Shown here in pieces: positions 8,512-19,167 of a DNA stretch of 64,000 nt. The notes under the pieces were generated by a model. It did no database searches and was not told where the DNA came from. It saw nothing but the letters and a program-made list of their open reading frames with translations. Source of the stretch: an uncultured SAR86 cluster bacterium (GTDB lineage Bacteria; Pseudomonadota; Gammaproteobacteria; Magnimaribacterales; D2472); contig CACOWI010000007.1 in the NCBI GenBank assembly GCA_902630885.1, positions 6,787-70,786 of the forward strand, read 5' to 3'. A program made the position numbers and the translations under genes. How positions within the stretch are numbered: the stretch's first letter is position 1; every line of letters starts with the position of its first letter.

Positions 8512-10209
8512 TTAATACCCTGATGCATGTCCATCTTTTCTGCTTTCTGATGCTCCATACAAAACACCATCTTTTATCATTATTGCTTGATAGCCTCCAA
8601 ATGCACCTTTCATGTAATCATCCTCATTTCGATTAACAACTTTATGTCCAATTTCTTTAATTTTAGAAATTTCGTTTTGATCAAAACCATTCTCAAAAAT
8701 TAAATATCCTCCATCTTTCATCTTCTCACCGGTTGGTTGAGATGATCCTACATGCCTAAACCTTGGTGCATCACCTGCTTCCTGAAGATTCATATCAAAA
8801 TCAATCAAGTTTATTACTATTTGTGCATGTCCTAAAGGCTGCATTGCTCCTCCCATTACACCAAAACTTACAAATGGATTTCCATTTTTTGTTATAAAAG
8901 CTGGAATGATTGTATGGAATGGTCTTTTACCGCCCACCAAAGAGTTTCTGTGAGTTGGATCAAGATTAAACATCTCACCCCTATCTTGAAGCATAAATCC
9001 AGAATCATTTGGAATTACTCCTGATCCCATACCTCTATAGTTACTTTGAATGAGTGAAACCATATTTCCAAATTTATCCGCCACAGTTAAATAAATTGTA
9101 TCGCCATCCTCAAGATTATTTGAGTCGATAGATTTTAAAACCTTATCAAAACTAATGAGATTATTTCTTTTCTTTGCATATTCTTTTGATATCAAATAGT
9201 CTACTGGCACTTTAGCAAAACTCATATCTGCGTAATATTTAGCTCTATCTTCAAAAGCTAATTTTTTAGCCTCGGTAAAAAGATGGATATATTCTGCACT
9301 GTTGAAGCCTAATTTTTTAATATCATAATTTTCTAATACATTTAATATTTGTAATGCAGCAATTCCTTGTCCATTTGGAGGGAGTTCCCATACATCATAT
9401 CCTCTATAATTTGAAGAAACAGGATTTATCCATTCAGGCTTATATTCGGAAAGGTCACTTAGAGTGAAATATCCACCTTGTGAATTAACTGACTCTACAA
9501 TTTTTTTTGCTATCGTGCCCTGATAAAAATCTTTACCATAAGAGTTCGCTATAAGTCTGTAATCATTTGCTAATAATTTATTTTTAAAGATCTCTCCTTT
9601 TAGAGGAGTTTTACCATTTGCCATCCAGATAGTCTTAAAATTTGGATAGTCTTCAAATACTTCTGAAGATCTATTTAAGTAATAAGCAATTAATTCAGAA
9701 ACCGGAAATCCGTTTTCAGCATAACTAATTGCGTCATCAAATAATAATTTAAAATCTAAACTTCCAAATTTTGAATGAAGAGCATTCCATCCTGCAACAG
9801 CCCCAGGAACAGTTACAGGAAGAGCGCCATAGGGTGGTATCTTATCAATACCTTCCTCTCTTAACTTATCAATAGATATATTCTTTGGTGCAGGACCTGA
9901 AGAATTTAAACCATAAAGTTTTTTATCTTCCGCGCTCCAAACTATTGCAAATAAATCTCCTCCAATTCCACAGCCGGTTGGCTCTACAAGTCCTAAAACA
10001 GCATTTGCTGCTATTGCAGCATCAATCGCATTTCCTCCAGCTTTAAGGATTGAAATAGCCGCTTGTGTCGCAAGCGGATGACTAGTTGCTGCCATTCCAT
10101 TAGTTGCAATTACTTCTGATCGGCTGGCAAATTCAAGACCAGTTATCCTGTCATATCCATTTATAGGATTTGTTATTATTAATACGATTAAGATATATAA
10201 GAATTTCAT
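8512..10209 (-). CDS. ggt: Gamma-glutamyltransferase (signal peptide)
   Basis: 'GGNAIDAAIA', 'PPNGQG', Thr nucleophile in 'GDTIYLTV', 'KRPFHTIIP', 'FGVMGG'. Confidence 0.92.
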   Translation of the reverse strand: MKFLYILIVLIITNPINGYDRITGLEFASRSEVIATNGMAATSHPLATQAAISILKAGGNAIDAAIAANAVLGLVEPTGCGIGGDLFAIVWSAEDKKLYGLNSSGPAPKNISIDKLREEGIDKIPPYGALPVTVPGAVAGWNALHSKFGSLDFKLLFDDAISYAENGFPVSELIAYYLNRSSEVFEDYPNFKTIWMANGKTPLKGEIFKNKLLANDYRLIANSYGKDFYQGTIAKKIVESVNSQGGYFTLSDLSEYKPEWINPVSSNYRGYDVWELPPNGQGIAALQILNVLENYDIKKLGFNSAEYIHLFTEAKKLAFEDRAKYYADMSFAKVPVDYLISKEYAKKRNNLISFDKVLKSIDSNNLEDGDTIYLTVADKFGNMVSLIQSNYRGMGSGVIPNDSGFMLQDRGEMFNLDPTHRNSLVGGKRPFHTIIPAFITKNGNPFVSFGVMGGAMQPLGHAQIVINLIDFDMNLQEAGDAPRFRHVGSSQPTGEKMKDGGYLIFENGFDQNEISKIKEIGHKVVNRNEDDYMKGAFGGYQAIMIKDGVLYGASESRKDGHASGY

Positions 10210-10233
10210 TATTTAATAATATATACTCATGTC

Positions 10234-10569
10234 ATGAAGATGTTAATAGCTATTTTTGTTATGTTTTTCAGCTTTAATCTTTCAGCTGAATTTGACAATA
10301 AATGTTCTGTTCTTATTACATTAAGGTTCCAAAATAACGAAAATGCTTATGCTGATGCATTGGATAAAATTAATCAGTGTAATAAATATGATATTTTATC
10401 AGTAACAAGTTTTTTAGAACTATCAGTTAGTAAAGTTTATATTACAGACATTATTCAAACATATTGCATGTTTAATCATGAAATTATTACTTTACTTGAT
10501 GAAAGTACGTCAAATTTAAGTTGCGTTCATAGAGGCAAAGCTAGAAAGAATAGAAAACTAGTCAATTAA
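10234..10569 (+). CDS. Hypothetical exported protein with 4 Cys
   Basis: Signal-peptide-like N-terminus (..NLSA|EF); fills the intergenic gap. Confidence 0.6.
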   Translation: MKMLIAIFVMFFSFNLSAEFDNKCSVLITLRFQNNENAYADALDKINQCNKYDILSVTSFLELSVSKVYITDIIQTYCMFNHEIITLLDESTSNLSCVHRGKARKNRKLVN

Positions 10570-10590
10570 TATATATTCTCAAATATTGCT

Positions 10591-10974
10591 TTATATTGAA
10601 TATAAGTTAATACCCATCATAATCAGTACTACTATTGATGGAACCCAAATTAAAGGTCTAATGTGGGGAAATCTATATAAATCTATTACATGACCAATTA
10701 AATAAACTATTCTTAAACCAAACCATGTTTTAGCTAACATAAGATTATCTACCTCTAAAACAGCAGACATAACTGCCAATGGAATAAATATAAAGAGTGA
10801 CTGCCTTAGATTCTCACCAGCAACACCCATTCTTTCCGATAGATCTGTCATACCGGATAAGTCTCCATCCTTTATAGTGAAATTTACATAGGGAACTTTA
10901 TGTAAAGAAAATAATAATTTTAAGAAAAGATGTCCTGTATAGAAAAATAAAACACAAACTATTAAATTGATCAT
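10591..10974 (-). CDS. MAPEG-family membrane protein
   Basis: 'ENLRQSLFIF' and 'WFGLRIVYL'; about 4 TM; GAGG RBS. Confidence 0.6.
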   Translation of the reverse strand: MINLIVCVLFFYTGHLFLKLLFSLHKVPYVNFTIKDGDLSGMTDLSERMGVAGENLRQSLFIFIPLAVMSAVLEVDNLMLAKTWFGLRIVYLIGHVIDLYRFPHIRPLIWVPSIVVLIMMGINLYSI

Positions 10975-11012
10975 ATGATAACCTCAGTTATTTATTCTTA
11001 TGCTATCTTATT

Positions 11013-13016
11013 TTAGGAATTGATTAAAGCTATATCCTCAGGTTTAAGTAGTTCTTCATCTAAATTTTCTATCAATGGTTTTAGATTTTTAGCATAAGGC
11101 TTCCATCTGTGCATACCTGATTTATTTATTGGTTTTCTTACTTGTTCTGAGCTAGCGGTCCTAACTGATCTATCTGTTTCATAGAATGTTATACAAGATT
11201 CTTCAAATGGGAGTTCAAGGAAATCAAGCATTCTTTTTACCTGTCCCTCTAAATCATCGATGATATCCTCATTATTTACTCTTAAAATTTTATTTGGAAG
11301 TACCTTATCCCAATGATTCATTAGCTTTACATAACTATTATAATAACTTGCAGCTTCAGCCAAACCATAAGTGAATTCTTGTCCTTGAGCAAATAGTTGT
11401 TTAAACATACTAAAACAACAATCCAATGGATATCTTCTTGCATCGATAATTTTTGCATTTGGAAGAATTAAGTGTATAAGTCCAATATGGCGAAAATTAT
11501 TTGGCATTTTATCAGTAAACCTTGGGGCTTCTTTTCTGTGCATTTTAGTGTCATTAATAAATAATTTTCCTAGCTCCATTCTTTTTTCTTGCGATAAAGA
11601 TTTCATACTTTTAGGATAATTCCCTTCGTTGCCATATATGTCATCTCCCCTTAAACCTTGAGCTATAGATAAAATATTTGGTAGTTCAAGAGTTCCATCA
11701 ACCATGGAGTGTGATGCAAGTATTTGTTCAATTAGAGTAGATCCAGCTCTTGGAAGACCCAAGATAAAAATCGGATCATTGGACTCACAGCCACCTTTTC
11801 CTAGATTTTTAAAAAAACTATGATTACAAGTATCTATTTGTGCTTGGAGTTCTTTATCCATCTTCTCAATAGTGTATTTACTTTGTTCATTTTTTATTTT
11901 GTTACCTTTATCAAGGTTTATAAAAGCTTCATCATATTCCTCAATAGCCTCACATGCTTGTGCTAAAGCAAAGTGAAAATATGCTTTATCTTTTAGTGTT
12001 AAATCAAGTCTTTTTAATTGAGTTCTCATCATATTTATTTCATCACTTGTAAATTTATAAGTTTTAAGATTTGAAAGAGAAAAATATGCCTCTCCATGGT
12101 CGTTTTTTATCTTATAAGATGATTTATAACTATTAATTGCATCATTAGTATTTCCAAGAGTTTTTTCTGCGTGGCCTTTCGAAGTAAATACGCTAAAATT
12201 ATATGGATTTTTTTCTATTATTTTTTCAAATAACTCAATTGCATCAGCATGTTGACCATTCTGCATGATTTCGCTTGCTTTTTGTGCTTGATATGAAAGA
12301 TTATCAGGATATTGTTCACATAAGATATTTACTTGCTCCATTGTCTTTGCAAACTTTTGTTTTAGTCTTAGGATTAGGGCATATTTCATTCTTATCTCAC
12401 CATCATTTGGACTAAACTTCACAGCATTTTCTAATAAGACTTCTGCATCATCAAAATATCCAAACTTTTTAGCAATATCAGATAACAGTGACATTGCATA
12501 AACATTTGTTGGATTTTTCTTGAGAAAGTCTCTACATTTTTGTTCAGCAATTGCCAACCTCCCCTCATTTAAAATTTGACTTATGTAAAGAAGAATACTT
12601 GGTAGAGATTCAAGTTTATTAATTTGTTCATATGCGTGATCTGCAGCAGGTTTATTATTTTTTTTAACAAAATAATTGAACAGAGACTTCCATGAAGATA
12701 TTAATGCTGGATTTAATTCACAAGCCTGTCTGTAATATGAAATTGAATCTTCTTCTTTGCCCATTACTTTGTTAAGGTGACCCAATTCTTGATACGCTCT
12801 ACCCATATCCGGCGCTTGAGACAATAAATTATTTAAATAATTTTGTGAATCTTTGTAGTTTTTTAAGTATCTAGAACAAACTGCAGCAAAATACAAACTG
12901 TCGATATGATATGGATCCTTCGCTAAGTTGGATTCAAGAAAACTTAAAGCTTCAACAAATCTACTATCTCTAATTGCCTTAGAGGCTCTTTCAATATCTA
13001 ATTTGATTTGATCCAT
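11013..13016 (-). CDS. TPR-repeat sulfotransferase (Sulfotransfer_3 type)
   Basis: N-terminal TPR helices; 5'-PSB loop 'IFILGLPRAGSTLIEQIL'; 'DKMPNNF'; 3'-PB 'RRYPLDCCFS'; 'TASSEQVR'. Confidence 0.9.
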   Translation of the reverse strand: MDQIKLDIERASKAIRDSRFVEALSFLESNLAKDPYHIDSLYFAAVCSRYLKNYKDSQNYLNNLLSQAPDMGRAYQELGHLNKVMGKEEDSISYYRQACELNPALISSWKSLFNYFVKKNNKPAADHAYEQINKLESLPSILLYISQILNEGRLAIAEQKCRDFLKKNPTNVYAMSLLSDIAKKFGYFDDAEVLLENAVKFSPNDGEIRMKYALILRLKQKFAKTMEQVNILCEQYPDNLSYQAQKASEIMQNGQHADAIELFEKIIEKNPYNFSVFTSKGHAEKTLGNTNDAINSYKSSYKIKNDHGEAYFSLSNLKTYKFTSDEINMMRTQLKRLDLTLKDKAYFHFALAQACEAIEEYDEAFINLDKGNKIKNEQSKYTIEKMDKELQAQIDTCNHSFFKNLGKGGCESNDPIFILGLPRAGSTLIEQILASHSMVDGTLELPNILSIAQGLRGDDIYGNEGNYPKSMKSLSQEKRMELGKLFINDTKMHRKEAPRFTDKMPNNFRHIGLIHLILPNAKIIDARRYPLDCCFSMFKQLFAQGQEFTYGLAEAASYYNSYVKLMNHWDKVLPNKILRVNNEDIIDDLEGQVKRMLDFLELPFEESCITFYETDRSVRTASSEQVRKPINKSGMHRWKPYAKNLKPLIENLDEELLKPEDIALINS

Positions 13017-13054
13017 AAAATTATTATGAATTTATTATTACATATCTTAAAAAT

Positions 13055-13080
13055 AAAAAGGGAGTACAAACTCCCTTTTT
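13055..13080 (-). terminator. Rho-independent terminator after TBDR
   Basis: AAAAAGGGAGT-ACAA-ACTCCCTTTTT hairpin with T tracts on both strands. Confidence 0.85.
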
Positions 13081-13101
13081 ACTTTTTAAGTTTAACTACC
13101 G

Positions 13102-15696
13102 TTAAAAGTTCTTTTTAACTCTTATACCAATTGTTGTTGGTCTAATATAAGCAACACGTTGTCTATCAAAAACAAATGTATTACTTATTTCAGCTCTTTC
13201 ATCAGTAACATTATCAACATAAAGCTCTGCAGTTAAATCATCATTGGTTATACCTGCTCTTAGATCGATATAACTATAACTAGCCTGTCTTGCTTTGTTA
13301 GGTTCCATAATGTCTGAAAAACTATCATCTGAGTATGTGAACTGGACTTGTAAGTGACCAACATTTCCTGCAGTCATGCCCCATTCTTGTCTTACTCTCA
13401 CATTACCCTGCATACCAGGAGCGAATGCTAGTTCTTCACCGACAACAACATCATTTGTTGGTACTAATTTCTCAGTAATTTCAGTATCTAAGAAAGAGAA
13501 AGCACCAGCAACTGATAATCCTTCAATATTGGTGAAATAAGTAAAGTCTCCTTCAAGTCCTTTGATAGTCGCATCAGCAGCATTATCGGAGAAGAATAAG
13601 TTAACAATACTAGGATCAAAAATTGTACTTTGTAATCCTGTTACATCAACATAGAAGGCACTACCATTAAATCTTAGCTGGCCATCTTTAGTGATAGTTT
13701 TCCAACCAAATTCATAGTTAGTTATTTCATCAGTATCTACTTCTGGTTTTACAGTATAAGATCCATCAGCATTTGAAGATCCAACAGGTCTATTAAGAAG
13801 ACCTGGTCTGAAACCTTCTGACCATGTTACATAGTACATGATACCGTCATCAGGATTCCATGACACTGTAGCTTTACCAATTAAACCATCAGTTTCAGCT
13901 TTATCAGGATATCCATTAGCATTACCTGGAGCATACTGAACAGATAGATTAGAACCAAATCTCTGTTCATCTGGATTTCCAAAACCATTACCGAAAGAGG
14001 AGTTTGCACTACCTTCAAAATCAACAGCAATGTCATACCATCTGGCTCCTAGTGTAAGTTCAGCTGTATCAGATAAAGCATAATTAACCTCACCGAATAC
14101 ACCTTTTTGCTCATCAGTTCTTCTTATATCATTAAAGAAAATTACTGGTTCAGAGAAAGGTCCAGCTGAGAACCAGCCTGCTCCAGCCCTAACAGCGGAT
14201 TTACCACTATCAGATCTGTCCCCAGTAACTGATATATCAGTTAAAGCATAGTTAGCCGCATATGTTATATCATTAGCTAATGATCCAGGATATGTAAACA
14301 AGTTCAACTCTGTAAGTTCGGTATCACTCATAAACACACCAGCTGTTAGTGACATTTTGTCATTTATTGGAGCATTAATTCTAAACTCGTGACTTTCAAC
14401 TTTAGTATTTGTTGTTGAATCAACAAATAGATCAGATGTACCACAACTTCCTGTTGGAACTCCGCCAGGAGCAAAAGATGTGTAAGTCACATAGTAATCA
14501 CAAATGTAATATGGAAGGTATTGTCCAACAAATAAATAATCAGTGTAATCAACTATTTGATTTGTTTCTCTGTCTGTATAAGCACCAGCATAAACAGCTT
14601 CAAGCTCACCTATAGAACCTTCTAATGTAAGGCTCATATTTTCATACTCATCACTTATGTGATCATCACTATATCTTTGTATTTCTAAATCGCCTAAATT
14701 AGGATCAGCGAAGAATACACCATCAGATTCAATTGTTTGCTCAGCATAAACTAATGTTGCGTTCCAATTATCACCAATTTCTTGACCAATTGAAGATCTA
14801 AAGCCCTCATACTCAGTTCCATTTACATTGTCTTCGATTAAAGCATCAGTTTTAGCAAATGTAACTCCTGAAAGATCAGCTCCTGCTTGGAAACCAGCTC
14901 TTCCTGATGAAACAGGTAAACCGTTCTCTCTAACAGCACCAGCTTCTCTAAAACGTGCTGACATACTAGGGTCAACATTTCCAGCAACTTGATCAATGTA
15001 TCCACCTCTTCTATCTCTATAAGCAACAAATCTCCATGTTGTTGAATCTGTAAGAGGTACGTTTGTCATAACTTCAAGTTTCGTTCCTGTGTCACCCTCA
15101 GGCATAAATCTTGTTTCAACTTCAACGTTACTTTCTGTCACGCCTTGTTTTGGCTTATTTGTAATCATCCTTACAACACCAGCTTGAGAACTAGCTCCAA
15201 ATAGCGTTCCTTGAGGACCTGCAAGTACCTCTATACGAGCTACGTCAGCAGCATAAACGTCTAAGTTTCTGCCAGGTTGAGCTAAAGGTTGCTCATCTAG
15301 ATAAAATGACACGTTAGGCGCTAGACCAGCTACACCAGCTGTTGTAAGGTTTGGTGTAGTAGATGCTAAACCTCTGATATAAATAGTACTCTGTCCGGGA
15401 CCTGAGCCACCAGCAGTAACTCCTGGAAGTTGCATGAGGTAGTCTTCAAAAACATTTATACCTCTCTCTTCTAGTGTTTCTTCTGCCAAAGCACTTACTG
15501 AAAGTGGAACATCTTGTAAACTCTCAGATTTTTTACGAGCTGTAACTACCACTTCTTCAATCGTTGCATTTTGAGCAGCAATGTAACCACTGAAAACAGA
15601 TGCATTAATTACTGCAAAAGTAGACAGAGATGGTAATATCGCTGGTATTAAAGAAGGTACAACATCCTTCCGTATTTTGTTTAATTTATTTAACAT
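13102..15696 (-). CDS. TonB-dependent receptor
   Basis: TonB box 'IEEVVVTARK', plug 'RIEVLAGPQGTLFG', C-terminal aromatic residue (..VKKNF). Confidence 0.93.
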   Translation of the reverse strand: MLNKLNKIRKDVVPSLIPAILPSLSTFAVINASVFSGYIAAQNATIEEVVVTARKKSESLQDVPLSVSALAEETLEERGINVFEDYLMQLPGVTAGGSGPGQSTIYIRGLASTTPNLTTAGVAGLAPNVSFYLDEQPLAQPGRNLDVYAADVARIEVLAGPQGTLFGASSQAGVVRMITNKPKQGVTESNVEVETRFMPEGDTGTKLEVMTNVPLTDSTTWRFVAYRDRRGGYIDQVAGNVDPSMSARFREAGAVRENGLPVSSGRAGFQAGADLSGVTFAKTDALIEDNVNGTEYEGFRSSIGQEIGDNWNATLVYAEQTIESDGVFFADPNLGDLEIQRYSDDHISDEYENMSLTLEGSIGELEAVYAGAYTDRETNQIVDYTDYLFVGQYLPYYICDYYVTYTSFAPGGVPTGSCGTSDLFVDSTTNTKVESHEFRINAPINDKMSLTAGVFMSDTELTELNLFTYPGSLANDITYAANYALTDISVTGDRSDSGKSAVRAGAGWFSAGPFSEPVIFFNDIRRTDEQKGVFGEVNYALSDTAELTLGARWYDIAVDFEGSANSSFGNGFGNPDEQRFGSNLSVQYAPGNANGYPDKAETDGLIGKATVSWNPDDGIMYYVTWSEGFRPGLLNRPVGSSNADGSYTVKPEVDTDEITNYEFGWKTITKDGQLRFNGSAFYVDVTGLQSTIFDPSIVNLFFSDNAADATIKGLEGDFTYFTNIEGLSVAGAFSFLDTEITEKLVPTNDVVVGEELAFAPGMQGNVRVRQEWGMTAGNVGHLQVQFTYSDDSFSDIMEPNKARQASYSYIDLRAGITNDDLTAELYVDNVTDERAEISNTFVFDRQRVAYIRPTTIGIRVKKNF

Positions 15697-15855
15697 AGTT
15701 TCCCCTAATTAAGAAATTAATAGGACAAGGTTACTAAATATCTAAAAACTATGCAAATTTAGTTTATTTTATTTATCTTTTTTATATTTATAACCATCCA
15801 CCAGAGTGGAAATTTAACATTAATTATGTTTCACTAGACCTAATTTAAATCCTCT

Positions 15856-17349
15856 ATGAATAACTTAAGTAAACCAAGATTTTTAATTTCAATTATACTT
15901 TTATCATTTATTACAGCAGTTGTATCATTAAATTCAGATATATCTGAGTCATTTTTTCTTGATTTGCAAGCTTTTTTATCAAAATATCTTGGTTGGATGA
16001 TAATCTTAATAGCTAATGGATTTGTAATTTTCGCTTTTTTTCTTATTTTTACAAAGTATAAAGACATAAAACTAGGCGGTATTGAAGCTAAGCCTGCATA
16101 TTCGTATATAAATTGGATTGCTATGTTATTCAGCGCAGGTTTGGGCATTGGTTTATTGTTTTATGGTGTAGCTGAACCAATAATGCATCTAAACTCATAT
16201 CCAGGGATGATAGATGGTGATGCATCATTCAATGCCGGAAAGGCTATTGGATTAGCAAATCTTCACTGGGGTTTACATGGTTGGGCTATTTATTCCCTAT
16301 TAGGATTATGCTTTGCCTTTGCTTCATATAATAAAAAACTTCCTTTTAGAGTCAGTTCCTTATTAGGTCCTAAAATATCAAATAATAAGCCTTTAGCAAT
16401 ATCAATAGATATTATTGCAATACTTACAACAGTTCTTGGTGTAACAACTTCTTTAGGATTAGGCACGATTCAGATTAGTTCAGGATTAGAATATGTTTTT
16501 TCAATACCTGAAAGCTTTTCGAATCAAATTATTATTATCGCTCTTATTACTTTGATCGGTTTAACCAGTGTTTGTTTAGGTTTAGATAAAGGTATTAAAA
16601 GATTATCTCAACTAAATATGATCCTTGCATCCTCGTTAATGGCATTCATATTTATCTTTGGACCAACTGTTTTTATATTGAATGCATTAATTCAAAATTT
16701 TGGTTCATATGTGAACACACTTATAGAGTCAGCAACATGGACAGAAGTTTATTCGTCTTCATCATGGCAAGATGGATGGACATTGTTCTTTTACACATGG
16801 TGGTTTGCATGGGCGCCATTTGTCTCTCTATTTATTGCAAGAATATCTTATGGAAGATCAATAAAAGAATTTATTATTGGTGTGTTATTTGTTCCATCAT
16901 TAATTGTTTTCTTATGGATGGGAATTTTTGGAAATGCAGGCATATACCAAGTATTAAATGATACAAGTCAATTAAATGAAATTGTTAACAACAACTACAC
17001 AGTAGCCCTATTTGCGCTATTTGATGTTTATCCAATACCAACATTAATATCGATTTTAGCCTTGACTATAATTGTGACATTTTTTGTTACATCATCTGAT
17101 TCTGGTGCTCTTGTAGCATCTATGCTTTCATCAAAAAGTCATGTCGGTATTCATGATGACTCTCCGATTCTATCGAGAGTAACTTGGGCAATACTTTTAG
17201 GTATTATTGCAGCTGTCCTATTATACAAAGGAGGCCTTACTGCTCTTCAGACTTCTGTAGTAATATGTGGAGTTCCTTTTTCTATAATTGTTGTATTTGC
17301 AATTAGGCATTTTTATAACTCTCTTGAATCAGAGCTTGAAAAATATTAG
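15856..17349 (+). CDS. BCCT family (betaine/choline/carnitine) transporter
   Basis: 'WIAMLFSAGLGIGL', 'HWGLHGWAIY', 'WWFAWAPFV', 'FFVTSSDSG'. Confidence 0.92.
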   Translation: MNNLSKPRFLISIILLSFITAVVSLNSDISESFFLDLQAFLSKYLGWMIILIANGFVIFAFFLIFTKYKDIKLGGIEAKPAYSYINWIAMLFSAGLGIGLLFYGVAEPIMHLNSYPGMIDGDASFNAGKAIGLANLHWGLHGWAIYSLLGLCFAFASYNKKLPFRVSSLLGPKISNNKPLAISIDIIAILTTVLGVTTSLGLGTIQISSGLEYVFSIPESFSNQIIIIALITLIGLTSVCLGLDKGIKRLSQLNMILASSLMAFIFIFGPTVFILNALIQNFGSYVNTLIESATWTEVYSSSSWQDGWTLFFYTWWFAWAPFVSLFIARISYGRSIKEFIIGVLFVPSLIVFLWMGIFGNAGIYQVLNDTSQLNEIVNNNYTVALFALFDVYPIPTLISILALTIIVTFFVTSSDSGALVASMLSSKSHVGIHDDSPILSRVTWAILLGIIAAVLLYKGGLTALQTSVVICGVPFSIIVVFAIRHFYNSLESELEKY

Positions 17350-17489
17350 TCTAATTCTTCATCTAATTGCTTTAACTCATCTTCATCCATCTCATCTTCA
17401 AAAATTAAGTCATTATTAGAATTAAATTTCTTTGCAACAATAAGTGCAGCAACAATAACGATAAGTATGATTCCAATTTGATATAACAT
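17346..17489 (-). CDS. Small single-TM protein with acidic tail (47 aa; not in ORF track)
   Basis: MLYQIGIILIVIVAALIVAKKFNSNNDLIFEDEMDEDELKQLDEELD; its stop overlaps the BCCT stop. Confidence 0.65.
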   Translation of the reverse strand: MLYQIGIILIVIVAALIVAKKFNSNNDLIFEDEMDEDELKQLDEELD

Positions 17490-17547
17490 TGATTGAATTA
17501 TTATAATTAAGACTTACCTATATAATAACTCAAAAAATAAAAAATAA

Positions 17548-18099
17548 ATGGACGCACTTGAAAATATATTGAATCGAGTCTCTGCTAGAAGCCTTAAAGA
17601 GCCACATCCATCGAAAAAAGAGATGGATATAGTTTACAAAGCTGCATTGAGAGCACCTGATCATGCTTGGCTTAGAACAACTAGTTTTATTGAGGTTAAG
17701 GGTGAAAGCTTAAAAAAATTATCAAACATTTTTGTAAAATATGGAAAATCTGTTCCGGATATATCTGATGAAGTTCTAGAAAAATATAAAAATGCTCCTT
17801 ACAGAGCTCCAATGATTATAATTTTAGTTAATACATTTAAAGAACATCCAAAGGTACCTGCAATCGAACAAAAATTATCCACTGCAACAGCTGCTCAAAA
17901 TATAATGCTTGCTTTGAATGCCATGAAATATTCTTGTATTTGGAGAACCGGAAAAATGGCATTCAATGAGCTTATACAAAATGAACTTGGTCTAGCTAAA
18001 GATCAAGAAATTTTGGGTTATCTGTATATTGGAACTGAATCAGGCGAAAAGAAGAAAATTCCAAATTTAGATATTGATGATTTTGTAAGTTACTTATAG
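17548..18099 (+). CDS. Nitroreductase, YdjA-like
   Basis: 'NRVSAR', 'RAPDHA', 'RAPMII', 'IWRTG', 'GYLYIGT'. Confidence 0.88.
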   Translation: MDALENILNRVSARSLKEPHPSKKEMDIVYKAALRAPDHAWLRTTSFIEVKGESLKKLSNIFVKYGKSVPDISDEVLEKYKNAPYRAPMIIILVNTFKEHPKVPAIEQKLSTATAAQNIMLALNAMKYSCIWRTGKMAFNELIQNELGLAKDQEILGYLYIGTESGEKKKIPNLDIDDFVSYL

Positions 18100-18471
18100 A
18101 CTTTTATTCTTATATCTTAAAGCAGCTGTGAATGCCATTGAGGCAAATACAATCTCTGCTATTAACGATGAAATACCTAAAGGCGCATCATGACTGATAC
18201 TTGCAACAATATTAAAAGTTGCAGCAAACAAGTAAATCATTCCACAGCAAAATATAAACTCATATTTCTTTGATAATAAAGATAAAAAACACATAACAGA
18301 TGAAGCTAAAAAGAAAGCAGTAAAATCCCTTATCTGTGTATTTCTTCCATCACCATCAAGATATGGCATGCCAAGTGCTTCAGATGCAGATGCAGGAATA
18401 AAAATCCATTGCAATGCTATTAAAAATAAAACAACTCCAAGTACTGCTGATAATGTATTTGCTATTTTCAT
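18094..18471 (-). CDS. Hypothetical 4-TM membrane protein (DUF4345-like)
   Basis: Hydrophobic helices; 'ALGMP..DG.GRNTQIRD'. Confidence 0.65.
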   Translation of the reverse strand: MKIANTLSAVLGVVLFLIALQWIFIPASASEALGMPYLDGDGRNTQIRDFTAFFLASSVMCFLSLLSKKYEFIFCCGMIYLFAATFNIVASISHDAPLGISSLIAEIVFASMAFTAALRYKNKSL

Positions 18472-19166
18472 AATTGTATAGTTTCTGTATTTTCAATTTG
18501 GTTATTAGATATTATAGAGTCATTTTTATTTACTAAAAAACAATTTTTTTTGTTAGCAAAACTTACAGAATATTTTGGAACACCATTTACTAAGTGAAGA
18601 GCACAAAAGCCTTCAATGGCTATGCATTCTGATATAAGTTCATCATTAAGAATTTTATTAACAAATGGTATTCTCTCAGGCTCTTCATCATAATGAGGGC
18701 AACATATACCTTGAACAAAACCAAGGCATGGAATAATAGCTTGATTATCCTTCCAAGAATCAGTGATACCTTTTTCAAACCAACAAATTGCGCCAGCACT
18801 TACGCCGCTCATGATAGTACCTTTCTTGTAGGCTTTATATAAAATCTTATCTAGTTCCCAGTCTCTCCATACCGCCAACATACTCTTTGTATTTCCACCA
18901 CCAACAAAAATTATGTCCTGTTCTTTAATATGATTTTCAAGATTAATAGTTCTCTTAAAAAAATCAATGTGAGATGTTTTGCAACCAAGAGAATCAAAAG
19001 CTTTATAGAAATTTTCAATATATTTTGAGTCATCTCCAGTCGCAGTAGGAACAAAACAAACTGAAGGATTTTTTTTATTTGACTGTTCTACAATATATTT
19101 TTCAATTTTAAGTTCTTTTATTTCTCTTCCAAAACCTCCACCACCAATTGCAATAATCTGTTTCAT
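18468..19166 (-). CDS. Peptidase E (family S51)
   Basis: 'IAIGGGG', 'VGGGNT', 'GVSAGA' (Ser), 'CPHY' (His). Start moved to ATG 19166. Confidence 0.88.
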   Translation of the reverse strand: MKQIIAIGGGGFGREIKELKIEKYIVEQSNKKNPSVCFVPTATGDDSKYIENFYKAFDSLGCKTSHIDFFKRTINLENHIKEQDIIFVGGGNTKSMLAVWRDWELDKILYKAYKKGTIMSGVSAGAICWFEKGITDSWKDNQAIIPCLGFVQGICCPHYDEEPERIPFVNKILNDELISECIAIEGFCALHLVNGVPKYSVSFANKKNCFLVNKNDSIISNNQIENTETIQL

Positions 19167-19167
19167 A

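Noticed and set aside
16737-16961. Same-strand alternate-frame ORFs (also 4021-4230, 25900-26211, 45901-46104, 50786-50971)
   Set aside because: The host genes are intact, with no sign of frameshift or slippery-site recoding.
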